Source: an uncultured Spirochaetota bacterium (GTDB taxonomy: Bacteria > Spirochaetota > UBA4802 > UBA5550). From it: a DNA stretch of 64,000 nt. The translations under genes were made by a program, and so were the position numbers. The notes under the pieces are model-generated. The model was not told the origin of the DNA and made no database searches. It saw nothing but the letters and a program-made list of their open reading frames with translations. Shown here piece after piece: positions 1 to 9,043 of this stretch; the stretch's first letter is position 1, and each line of letters begins with the position of its first letter. Location: positions 249,144 through 313,143 of the forward strand of contig CAWHAA010000006.1 of NCBI GenBank assembly GCA_963827275.1. The letters are read 5' to 3'.

Positions 1-2
1 GA

Positions 3-1433
3 GCTGCCGGAGGCAGATATTCCGCTTATCCGATTCACGCCGAATTTGACGGTTCATACTCCGGCTACCGGCGCAGGTTGACCCATGCAATGGTCCACTC
101 GTTTCAACTGGATATACTGGCTGACGGCGGTAAAACGGTCCCGCTGCTCTCGTCTCTCCGCCTGCCGCTCTGGATAGCGGAGGGTATGGCTGAATATATT
201 GCCGGCGGGGGCGAACAACCCTGCAGCCAAGTCATCCAATACTGCATGAAAAAAAACCAATATGCACGCCTGAAATATAGTGACGGCTCGTATTTCAACC
301 ATCCTCTTATATATCGTGCGGCAGGGTACTCTTTTTGTTCATTCATTGAACAACGTTACGGTAAAGAACTGTTCAGCGGGATGATACGGGATTTTCGCGA
401 CCTGGGCTACATGGATGATGTCATACGCGCCGGTACCGGCAAGAGCATGGAAGAGGTCGATGAAGAATGGGTTGAATTCATGCGATCAGCCGTCCATGAT
501 CAGGGTAGTTCCCTGACCGGGTCCGGCGTTTCATATATAGCACGAGAAGAGTCGGCAATGAAGCATCTGGTTGCAGCCGTGTCACCTGACGGGACCATGA
601 TCGCCTACATGTCTGAGAAGGACGGTTTACCCGTGTTAAAGGTCGCCAGGTATGGCCGGGGAGTAGCGGTCGGGGGGCGTAGTGCCGCTACTCTCATCGA
701 TACTGGCGGGTGTGTCCCGCCCGTTCCGATCCGGGCTTCCGGGAATTCCCCTGCATGGTCGAATGATGGGCGGACTATTATAATGCCTTCAGGCCGCGGA
801 ATAGAAAGCGGCCTGCTGTTTGCTGATGCGGGATCGGGTCGTATCACGTCAAGGATACCGCTGCCGTTCGCTGCGGTGCTGAATCCGTCTGTTTCGCGCA
901 ACGGACGGTACATTGCCTTTTCCGGCGTTGCCGGCTCCGCCGAGGACCTCTATCTCTATGACAGGTCTGACGGCACGCTCGTGCGCCTTTCCGACGACAG
1001 CTTCTCCGACCGGTGTCCCGTTTTCATGCCCGATGGGAAAAGCGTGGTGTTTGCCTCAAACTGGAACAGGGAAGGTGATATTTTCCGCGGCAACTATTCA
1101 CTATACCTCATTGATATTGCGACCGGGACACGCACGAAACTCGCCGGCGGTGAGAGTATGAGCGCAATACAGCCGGACATTTCCCCCGATGGCAAGAAAA
1201 TGCTCTATGTCAGCGATGCAAGCGGAACAAACAATGTCTGGCTGTATGATTTCACCACAAAAAGACACGCGCGATTAACCGACAGCGCCGGCGGTGCGTA
1301 TTATCCCCGGTGGCTCCCCGACGGCAGGCGGTTCGTTGTTTCTGTCTACCGGGACCACGGGTTTGAACTGCGCATGAATGAAATCGGCACTGCCGTGATC
1401 CCGGGCAATGACATGCCGTCCATCAGGTCGTAA
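3..1433 (+). CDS. Peptidase MA-like N-terminus plus TolB-like PD40 beta-propeller protein (5'-truncated by window edge)
   Basis: Frame is open from base 3. It has a zincin-like THAMVHSFQ...PLWIAEGMAEY segment and repeated SPDG/PDGK PD40-type motifs. Confidence 0.7.
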   Translation, partial: AAGGRYSAYPIHAEFDGSYSGYRRRLTHAMVHSFQLDILADGGKTVPLLSSLRLPLWIAEGMAEYIAGGGEQPCSQVIQYCMKKNQYARLKYSDGSYFNHPLIYRAAGYSFCSFIEQRYGKELFSGMIRDFRDLGYMDDVIRAGTGKSMEEVDEEWVEFMRSAVHDQGSSLTGSGVSYIAREESAMKHLVAAVSPDGTMIAYMSEKDGLPVLKVARYGRGVAVGGRSAATLIDTGGCVPPVPIRASGNSPAWSNDGRTIIMPSGRGIESGLLFADAGSGRITSRIPLPFAAVLNPSVSRNGRYIAFSGVAGSAEDLYLYDRSDGTLVRLSDDSFSDRCPVFMPDGKSVVFASNWNREGDIFRGNYSLYLIDIATGTRTKLAGGESMSAIQPDISPDGKKMLYVSDASGTNNVWLYDFTTKRHARLTDSAGGAYYPRWLPDGRRFVVSVYRDHGFELRMNEIGTAVIPGNDMPSIRS

Positions 1434-2535
1434 CGAACCGGCGTTTCCTGCCGCGTACGTACCGCTCTCCGGGGACCTCTTCCGGCGGTACGGCGACGGC
1501 ATCAGGCCGGAGCATCTCAGGATCAACGCCGAGGGCTCAACCGGCGGCTCCTCGGTGTACGCGCGCCTCGACCTGTCAGACATGCTTTCACGTCATCGCC
1601 TCAGGCTTGCATCGAACTACATGCGCGAGTCGAAACAGGATGACCTCAGCGCCGGCCTTTCGTATCGTTACGCGGCTGGCGCATGGGACCTCGGCTGCGG
1701 TATTTTCAGGCAGGCCGGGCCCCTTGACGCCATGTCGCTCGAGACGGGGAACGGCCCGGCCGAACAGCCCGGTGCCGGGCGTAACGCCGGTAGCGCCCCT
1801 TATTACGGCGGAGCCCTGGGTTTTTCTTATACCTTCTTTCGCCATGTCACCTTCGCAATCAGGATTGAAGCGGGAGGACATCAACAACGGTTCAAAGAAT
1901 ATGAAATGCGGAAAGACCATGCTGCCGGCCTTGGCAAGCTGACCGCTTCGCTCGAATATGACTCCCTGCTCAGGGGCGCGATGGTCCCGGTCAGGGGACT
2001 CTGGTGCCGTATCAACGCCGAGCAGACCATCGGCCTGGACCGTGGAAACACCTTCACCGGCCTCGCGGCCGACATCCGGTACTACGCGCATCCGGACAAG
2101 CACTGCATCGTGATGCTCCGCGGGGCAGGGGGCACCAGGATCGGAAGCGCAATGGGGGATATCACATACCATATAGGCGGCTATGCCAGCCTGAGGGGCT
2201 TCGATCTTCTCAGCCTGAGCGGCAACAACATGTTTTTCTTCAACGCGGAGCTGTGGCTGACCCCCGGGGACTGGAGATTATTCGGTATGCCGCTATCGGG
2301 TCCCTCCGGCTCTATCGGATTTGTCCTGTTCATCGACGCAGGCGCCGCCTGGACAGGCTCTTTTTCCCTGCTCGATAAGAGCGGGAGGTTTGATGACTTA
2401 AAAATTGATTTTGGATTCGGTATTCGTGCAGCAATATCACCTGTTTTATTTTTAAAACTTGACTTTGCCTGCCCCTTTGATAAAAAGTCGTTCAAAGAAA
2501 ATAAAATTCTGTTCAGCATGGGCTTCGATTACTAG
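1408..2535 (+). CDS. BamA/TamA (Omp85)-type beta-barrel domain, probably the C-terminal part of the upstream gene split by a frameshift
   Basis: YHIGGYASLRGF, FIDAGAAW, DFGFGIR and terminal FSMGFDY motifs. No signal peptide; overlaps the upstream ORF. Confidence 0.7.
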   Translation: MTCRPSGRNEPAFPAAYVPLSGDLFRRYGDGIRPEHLRINAEGSTGGSSVYARLDLSDMLSRHRLRLASNYMRESKQDDLSAGLSYRYAAGAWDLGCGIFRQAGPLDAMSLETGNGPAEQPGAGRNAGSAPYYGGALGFSYTFFRHVTFAIRIEAGGHQQRFKEYEMRKDHAAGLGKLTASLEYDSLLRGAMVPVRGLWCRINAEQTIGLDRGNTFTGLAADIRYYAHPDKHCIVMLRGAGGTRIGSAMGDITYHIGGYASLRGFDLLSLSGNNMFFFNAELWLTPGDWRLFGMPLSGPSGSIGFVLFIDAGAAWTGSFSLLDKSGRFDDLKIDFGFGIRAAISPVLFLKLDFACPFDKKSFKENKILFSMGFDY

Positions 2536-2620
2536 GAATGATCCGATGCGGCATTGTATCTAACGAACCGTGAAGCAGTATGCCGATAATAAAAAGAAAG
2601 CACAACCAGGCGGTTTGAGA

Positions 2621-3211
2621 ATGGAACGAAAAGGTACTGTCACCAGGAAGACCAAAGAGACTGACATAACAGCCGAAGTAATCCTCGACAGCATACAGAA
2701 ATCCGAGATCGAGAGCGGCGTCCCCTTCTTTGACCACATGCTGGAAGCCATGTCGAAGCATGGCAGGATCCGTATGAAACTCCATTGCGCCGGCGACCGT
2801 GAAATTGACGACCACCATTCAGTTGAAGACATCGGTATCGTGCTGGGCCAGGCGGTAAAACAGGCACTTGGCGACAAGTCGGGCATCACCCGGTTCGGCG
2901 ATGTAACAATTCCCATGGATGACGCTCTTACCATGGTGGCGGTGGACCTTTCCGGGCGCCCGTATTACAAATATACCGGGCCCCGTCTTGCGGGTGCGGT
3001 CGGCTCATACGACGAGGAACTTACCGATGAATTTTTACGGGCATTTGCGATGAACGCGGGGGTCAACCTGCACGTAACGGTGTTCTACGGCCAGAACAAG
3101 CACCATGTCCATGAAACCATATTCAAGGCGCTGGGCCTTGCGCTCTGCAGGGCCGCCTCAATTGATCCGGCCCTGAAAGGCGCGGTGCCGTCAACAAAAG
3201 GGACGATATGA
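2621..3211 (+). CDS. hisB: Imidazoleglycerol-phosphate dehydratase
   Basis: RKTKETDI, FFDHML, DDHHSVED, HHVHE and VPSTKG motifs. Confidence 0.97.
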   Translation: MERKGTVTRKTKETDITAEVILDSIQKSEIESGVPFFDHMLEAMSKHGRIRMKLHCAGDREIDDHHSVEDIGIVLGQAVKQALGDKSGITRFGDVTIPMDDALTMVAVDLSGRPYYKYTGPRLAGAVGSYDEELTDEFLRAFAMNAGVNLHVTVFYGQNKHHVHETIFKALGLALCRAASIDPALKGAVPSTKGTI

Positions 3212-3816
3212 TTACTGTCATTGATTACGGGATGGGCAACCTGCGGTCGGTCGCCAAGGCGGTCGAGAAGTATACCGATGAGGTGGCCATTTCTGACGAT
3301 CCATCTTCAATTGATGGATCGGACGGGCTTATAATGCCCGGTGACGGCGCGTTCGGCATGGCGATGCAAAACCTTACAGAACGCGGATGGATAGAACCGA
3401 TACATGACTTTATCAGCAACGGCGGCCATTTTTTCGGCATCTGCCTCGGCTTCCAGCTCCTTTTTTCAGAAAGTGATGAATTCGGCTCGCACCGCGGCCT
3501 TGACATCATCCCGGGCTCAGTCGTCCGTTTTAAGCCGGGCAGCCTCAAGGTGCCGCACATGGGCTGGAACACGGTCGAGTTGGAACATGAAGCGCCGTGC
3601 CTTGCCGGCGTCCCGTCGGGGAGCTATTTTTATTTCATTCACTCCTATTACCCGCAAGTGCGCGACCTGAGCTGGGTCATAGGTGAGGTTGAGTATGGCG
3701 ATCGTTTTCCCTGCATCGTGGGAAAGGGCAACGTGATCGCGACACAGTTCCATCCCGAGAAGAGCCATACAACAGGCCTCAGGATCATTGAAAATTTCGT
3801 GAGAACGGTATGCTGA
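3208..3816 (+). CDS. hisH: Imidazole glycerol phosphate synthase, glutaminase subunit
   Basis: IDYGMGNL, GICLGFQ, VPHMGWN and QFHPEKS motifs. Confidence 0.97.
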   Translation: MITVIDYGMGNLRSVAKAVEKYTDEVAISDDPSSIDGSDGLIMPGDGAFGMAMQNLTERGWIEPIHDFISNGGHFFGICLGFQLLFSESDEFGSHRGLDIIPGSVVRFKPGSLKVPHMGWNTVELEHEAPCLAGVPSGSYFYFIHSYYPQVRDLSWVIGEVEYGDRFPCIVGKGNVIATQFHPEKSHTTGLRIIENFVRTVC

Positions 3817-4529
3817 TCATCCCTGCCATTGATATCCGCGGCGGCAACTGCGTGCGGCTCCTCCAGGGCGACCCTGACCGCCAGACCGTGTATTCAGCCG
3901 ATCCGGTCGATATGGCAAAACGCTTTCAGGACGCGGGTGCGAAACTGATCCACGTGGTGGACCTTGACGGCGCGTTTTCAGGCGCACCGGTGAACCATGC
4001 CATCATAACCGCCATGGCGGGGTCCGTATCAGTTCCGATCGAGGTGGGCGGCGGCATACGGAGCGAGGAAAGCATACGCAGGTACGCGGACAGCGGCATC
4101 CGGCGTATCATCGCCGGCACCGTTCTGCTCGGCGATTCGTTCAGGGGCAGCATCGAGCGCTACAAGGACCTGATCATCGCAGGGATCGACGCGAAAAACT
4201 CGATGGTGGCCACGCATGGCTGGAAGAAGGTTTCGGATATGCGGGCGACGGACATGATCCGGCATTACCATGGCATGGGGATACGCGAATTCATATACAC
4301 GGATATCGCCACTGACGGCATGCTGACCGGCCCGAACCTGGCCGCAATCACGGACATATTGACCGAGGTCCCCGGCATCGACCTCATCGCCTCGGGTGGG
4401 ATATCGTCACTGGACGACATCGACCGCCTCACGCGGATAGCGGTGAAAGGCGTAAAGGGGTGCATCACCGGCAAGGCCATCTACGACGGCAGAATTGAAC
4501 TTAAGGAAGCAATTGCCCGTTTCGGGTAA
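3810..4529 (+). CDS. hisA: ProFAR isomerase
   Basis: IIPAIDI, HVVDLDGA, GGGIR and TDIATDGML motifs. Confidence 0.97.
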   Translation: MLIIPAIDIRGGNCVRLLQGDPDRQTVYSADPVDMAKRFQDAGAKLIHVVDLDGAFSGAPVNHAIITAMAGSVSVPIEVGGGIRSEESIRRYADSGIRRIIAGTVLLGDSFRGSIERYKDLIIAGIDAKNSMVATHGWKKVSDMRATDMIRHYHGMGIREFIYTDIATDGMLTGPNLAAITDILTEVPGIDLIASGGISSLDDIDRLTRIAVKGVKGCITGKAIYDGRIELKEAIARFG

Positions 4530-4538
4530 GGTGTCAAC

Positions 4539-5597
4539 ATGAAGCGCAGACTCGACAACGATTTAAACTTCTCCTTTCCCACGGAGATTGAGCAGTACGA
4601 GCGTAAGATTTACGACCTCCGGCAGCTCATAGAGATCAGCAAGGGACTCAATTCGACGCTGGAATATAACATCCTCATCGATTCCATCCTGCTTACCTGC
4701 ATGGGCCAGATGCAGCTTCTCATGGCCGGGATATTCCTGAAGAAGGGCATCGGAAATGAAAACTACGCCCTGCATCGTAATTATAAAGGCTTCGACGTTG
4801 ACCATTCGATCGATTATGAGCTTGACCCGGATTCAGAGCTCGTCAAGTTCATGGAACGCGACTTCAAGTGCTATTCCCCGGAAGAGCTCGATGCCGGCGT
4901 CGGGAACGACCGCTCTTTAGGCATTCTGAAGATGCTCAAGCCGTCGCTGATTGTCCCGCTCATGAGCAAGGGCACGCTCAACGGCATCATCATACTGGGG
5001 GACCGCATCAATTCGAAGGACTTTTCAGAGAGCGAAAAAGAATACCTCATGGACATCGCCTCCCTTGCGGGCATCGCGATACACAATGCGTCCCTTTACG
5101 AGATGGCCACCACGGACATGATGACGCGCCTCAAAATACACCATTACTTTCACACGCTCCTCGTGGACGAGGTTGATCGCGCCCGGCGTCTCTCGAGGCC
5201 TCTCTGCGTCATAATGGCCGATATCGACCACTTCAAGATCGTCAATGATATGAACGGGCACCAGGCAGGCGACATGGTGCTTATAAACGTGGCGAAAATA
5301 ATACGGGACAGCATCCGCCATATTGACGTGGCGTCCCGCTACGGCGGCGAGGAATTCGCCGTCATACTCCCCGGCACGGAGATCCATGAGGCCCTTGTCG
5401 TCGCGGAACGGATCCGTCAGAATATCGAAAAATCAATGGTCGTATACGACGGCAGGGAGATCGGGGCGACGATATCGATCGGGGTCACCCAGTATGACCC
5501 GGACCTCGATAAAACAAAAAACACCCTGATAGAGCGGGCCGACAAGGCCCTCTATATATCGAAGCGAAACGGCAGGAACCTCGTCTCGTTTATTTAA
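4539..5597 (+). CDS. GAF-GGDEF diguanylate cyclase
   Basis: N-terminal GAF-like region, DIDHFKIVND, RxxD I-site (RHID) and RYGGEEF. Confidence 0.92.
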   Translation: MKRRLDNDLNFSFPTEIEQYERKIYDLRQLIEISKGLNSTLEYNILIDSILLTCMGQMQLLMAGIFLKKGIGNENYALHRNYKGFDVDHSIDYELDPDSELVKFMERDFKCYSPEELDAGVGNDRSLGILKMLKPSLIVPLMSKGTLNGIIILGDRINSKDFSESEKEYLMDIASLAGIAIHNASLYEMATTDMMTRLKIHHYFHTLLVDEVDRARRLSRPLCVIMADIDHFKIVNDMNGHQAGDMVLINVAKIIRDSIRHIDVASRYGGEEFAVILPGTEIHEALVVAERIRQNIEKSMVVYDGREIGATISIGVTQYDPDLDKTKNTLIERADKALYISKRNGRNLVSFI

Positions 5598-5702
5598 CAG
5601 GCTCTACTCGCCCGTTCCCGCCCCGGTTCCTGAAGCGCCATGGACCGGCAAATAATTTCTTGACATAAATCGACTTGTTATATTAATTGACTTTCTAAAC
5701 AA

Positions 5703-5776
5703 GGGCCCATAGCTCAGTAGGTTAGAGCATCTGACTCATAATCAGAGGGTGAAAGGTTCGAATCCTTTTGGGCCCA
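5703..5776 (+). tRNA. tRNA with CAT anticodon (likely Ile2, possibly elongator Met)
   Basis: GGGCCCA/TGGGCCC acceptor stem, TCTGA-CTCATAA-TCAGA anticodon arm and GGTTCGAATCC T arm. Confidence 0.9.
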
Positions 5777-5813
5777 TTTTATCGAAACAGAACGAATTAA
5801 GGATAATAACAGT

Positions 5814-6128
5814 ATGTACGCAATAGTGGAAATAGCAGGCAAGCAGTACCGGGTTGAAAAAGACACGACCATCAATGTTGATAAACTCGAAAAAAACGCG
5901 AATGACGATCTGGTCATCGATAAGATACTGATGGTGGCGAACGGCGACACGATCCTTGTCGGACAGCCGTACGTGAAAAACGCCAAAGTCACCGCGAAGG
6001 TGCTCGGCGACATCAAGGGCGAAAAGGTGCGGGGAATAAAGTTCCTCAAACGCAAGCGTCATGAGCGGACCATCGGCCACCGCCAGAATTATTCGCAGAT
6101 CATTATCAGCGAATTGTCGGTCGGCTAA
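5814..6128 (+). CDS. rplU: 50S ribosomal protein L21
   Basis: MYAIVEIAGKQYRV, GQPYV and GHRQ motifs. Confidence 0.97.
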   Translation: MYAIVEIAGKQYRVEKDTTINVDKLEKNANDDLVIDKILMVANGDTILVGQPYVKNAKVTAKVLGDIKGEKVRGIKFLKRKRHERTIGHRQNYSQIIISELSVG

Positions 6129-6136
6129 AAGCGGAG

Positions 6137-6541
6137 TTGATAACTGTAACGTTAACTAATATACAGTATGATGAAGAGCTGGTCCTGGTCGAATCGGACA
6201 GCGGATTTGTCGGTTTGACCGTTGAAGGTCATGCGTTGTTCGGAGGCGGCCCGGCCGGTATAGACGCCGCGGGAAGCCGGAAGGGTGAAAACATTGTCTG
6301 CTCTGCCGTTTCCTTTTCGGCGCTGACGATGCTGAAATCGATCACCTTGATTGCCGGCGTCAAACCGGAATATAACGTACGAGAAGGGTTCCTGGATTTC
6401 AGGATACGCATAAAGGAACTGAGCGCGGAAACGAAGAACATACTGCGGGTATTGCTTGAATCCTTCATGATAGGCATTCTCGACATGAAGCGTGCATATC
6501 CCGGATTATTCGCCGTGCGCGGTGTTACTCAAAACAAGTAA
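6137..6541 (+). CDS. prp: Ribosomal-processing cysteine protease Prp family
   Basis: Lies between rplU and rpmA; GHA and IVCSAVS catalytic His/Cys motifs. Confidence 0.85.
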   Translation: MITVTLTNIQYDEELVLVESDSGFVGLTVEGHALFGGGPAGIDAAGSRKGENIVCSAVSFSALTMLKSITLIAGVKPEYNVREGFLDFRIRIKELSAETKNILRVLLESFMIGILDMKRAYPGLFAVRGVTQNK

Positions 6542-6561
6542 GATACACAGAGGAGAATATC

Positions 6562-6819
6562 ATGGCACACAAAAAAGGCGGCGGGTCCACCAGAAACGGG
6601 CGCGATTCACAGCCCAAGATGCTCGGCGTCAAGAGATATGGCGGCCAGCTCATAAAAGGCGGGACAATCATCGTCCGTCAGCGCGGGACAAGGATACACC
6701 CGGGCAACAATGTCGGCTGCGGACGGGACTTTACCCTCTTCGCGCTGGTTGACGGCGTAGTTACTTTCGAGCGGTTCGGGAAAAAAAGGAAGAAGGTTTC
6801 CGTCTATCCACAGGCGTAG
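6562..6819 (+). CDS. rpmA: 50S ribosomal protein L27
   Basis: [16 protein letters not shown] and [13 protein letters not shown] Shine-Dalgarno site upstream. Confidence 0.98.
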   Translation: MAHKKGGGSTRNGRDSQPKMLGVKRYGGQLIKGGTIIVRQRGTRIHPGNNVGCGRDFTLFALVDGVVTFERFGKKRKKVSVYPQA

Positions 6820-6846
6820 CAACACTATCCCAGGCCTGAGAACATG

Positions 6847-6882
6847 AATCGCGTATTATAAACAATACGCGATTTGTTTTTT
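6847..6882 (+). terminator. Intrinsic terminator after rpmA
   Basis: AATCGCGTATT/AATACGCGATT 11-bp stem followed by a T-rich run. Confidence 0.65.
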
Positions 6883-6951
6883 AAAGAGTGCGGCATGCAG
6901 CGGCGTGACGGAGGCCTGCCGGTATAAACGATATCATAGAGAGATCACCCC

Positions 6952-7959
6952 GTGCCAAAGTTCACCGATACAACATTCATACGCATCAAGGCCGGCAACG
7001 GCGGCCGCGGCGCGGTCACGTTTCACAGGGAAAAATTCATCGCCTGGGGCGGGCCTGACGGCGGGGACGGCGGCAAGGGCGGCGATGTGTACATTGAGGC
7101 AGACCCGCGCCTCCATAATCTCTCCCACCTTTTCAGAGACCGCCTCTACCGGGCGGAAAACGGCCACCAGGGCTCGGGGAACAACAAGCATGGGAAAAAC
7201 GGCGCAGACATGACCGTGAAGGTGCCCCCGGGGACGCAGGTGATCGATTATGAGACTGAAGAAGTGCTGGCGGACATGGTGGAGGAGGGCGCCCGCATCC
7301 TCATCGCGGAGGGCGGTATCGGCGGCAAGGGGAACGCCTTCTTTAAATCGTCCACCCACCAGACTCCCCGCTACGCCCAGACCGGCATCCCCACTGAGGA
7401 GCGGAGGATCACGCTGAACCTGAAGCTCATAGCGGACATAGGGCTCGTGGGCCTTCCCAACGCGGGCAAATCAACCCTCCTTTCGGCGATCACCAACGCG
7501 AGGCCGAAGATCGCCGATTATCCCTTCACGACCCTGATACCGAACCTCGGCGTAATAGAAAGAGCTGACGGGTCGGTATATAAGATAGCCGACATTCCCG
7601 GCATCATAGAGGGAGCGCACCGCGGCCAGGGCCTCGGGCTCTCCTTCCTGCAGCACATCGAGCGTGTCAGGGCGATACTGTTCATACTCGATATAACCGG
7701 CGATGACCTTGAATACACGCTCAACCTCCTTAAATCGGAGCTCGATTCTTACAACAGGGAGCTTACCTCCAAGCCCTGCTTTATATTGCTGAATAAAATC
7801 GACCTCATGGCGGAAGAGGAGATATGGGAAAAGAGAAGGCTCCTTACCGAAGAAAATGTTCTTCCCATTTCGGCTGAAAGGGGCGACAATATACATGAAT
7901 TGCTGAAGATTCTTGACCAACTCATGGAGACGGGCGGTGCCGAGGAAAAACGCGGTTAA
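6952..7959 (+). CDS. obgE: GTPase ObgE/CgtA
   Basis: GGPDGGDGGKGG, GLPNAGKST, YPFTT, DIPG and NKID motifs. Confidence 0.97.
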   Translation: MPKFTDTTFIRIKAGNGGRGAVTFHREKFIAWGGPDGGDGGKGGDVYIEADPRLHNLSHLFRDRLYRAENGHQGSGNNKHGKNGADMTVKVPPGTQVIDYETEEVLADMVEEGARILIAEGGIGGKGNAFFKSSTHQTPRYAQTGIPTEERRITLNLKLIADIGLVGLPNAGKSTLLSAITNARPKIADYPFTTLIPNLGVIERADGSVYKIADIPGIIEGAHRGQGLGLSFLQHIERVRAILFILDITGDDLEYTLNLLKSELDSYNRELTSKPCFILLNKIDLMAEEEIWEKRRLLTEENVLPISAERGDNIHELLKILDQLMETGGAEEKRG

Positions 7960-9043
7960 AAATGTAAAAAGAATAGTCGTCAAGGTAGGCTCCTCGTCCG
8001 TGACGAAGAACGGCGTCATTTCCGGGTACAAGATTTCCGCAATTGTCAATGATGTCGCCGGCCTCGTCAGGCGCGGCTATCAGGTCGTTATCGTCACCTC
8101 CGGCGCCGTAACAACCGGCGCGGGTACCATGGGAAAACGCGTCAAAAATCTCACCATCCCCGAAAAACAGGCCTGCGCAGCGGTGGGCCAGACCATTCTG
8201 ATGAATGAATACCGGAACCGGTTCAAAAAACTCGATCTGCACGTCGGGCAGATCCTTCTCACCGAGGACGATGTCAGGCACCGCACGCGGTTCCTGAACG
8301 CCCGCCACACGCTAGAGACGCTTCTGCACCTCGGCATAGTCCCGATTGTCAATGAAAATGATTCGGTGGCGGTCAATGAGATCAAATTCGGGGACAATGA
8401 CATGCTCTCCGCGCATGTCGCGAGCCTCGTCAACGCGGAGCTGCTTATCCTTCTCTCCGACATCGACGGCTTTTACATGGACCTGGACGATCCCGAGCCG
8501 GTGGAGGAAATTTACGCCATCAACGAGCATATAATCGGTCGCGCCGGGGGCTCCGGCTCCGCGTACGGCACCGGCGGCATGATGTCAAAAATACGCGCGG
8601 CCGAGATTATTATCCGGTTCGGCGAAAAGATGGTCATCGCGAACGCGTCCACGAAGCGCGTGCTGAACAGGATCCTTGACGGCGAAAAGATTGGCACCAT
8701 TTTTATCGGGAAAAACCGTCAACTCACCGGCAAAAAGAGATGGCTTGCGCTGCGCAAACCCGCCGGCACGCTGGTGCTTGACGATGGCGCGGTAAAAGCG
8801 ATACGAATCGGGAAGAAGTCCCTCCTTGCCTCCGGGATCATCAGCACCAGCGGCGATTTCCGCATGGGCGACATCGTTGAGCTGTCGGGGCAGGACCGTA
8901 AAAAGATAGGCAAGGGGATCGTCAATTACAGCTCTGAAGAACTGGCGACAATAAAGGGCAAGAGGTCATCGGAGATAAAAAAGATCCTCAGCGATAATGT
9001 TTTCGACGAAGTCATCAACCGCGACAACCTGATCGTCTATTAA
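7937..9043 (+). CDS. proB: Glutamate 5-kinase with PUA domain
   Basis: VVKVGSS, NENDSV, FGDND and GTGGM motifs; start codon uncertain. Confidence 0.96.
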   Translation: MPRKNAVKNVKRIVVKVGSSSVTKNGVISGYKISAIVNDVAGLVRRGYQVVIVTSGAVTTGAGTMGKRVKNLTIPEKQACAAVGQTILMNEYRNRFKKLDLHVGQILLTEDDVRHRTRFLNARHTLETLLHLGIVPIVNENDSVAVNEIKFGDNDMLSAHVASLVNAELLILLSDIDGFYMDLDDPEPVEEIYAINEHIIGRAGGSGSAYGTGGMMSKIRAAEIIIRFGEKMVIANASTKRVLNRILDGEKIGTIFIGKNRQLTGKKRWLALRKPAGTLVLDDGAVKAIRIGKKSLLASGIISTSGDFRMGDIVELSGQDRKKIGKGIVNYSSEELATIKGKRSSEIKKILSDNVFDEVINRDNLIVY

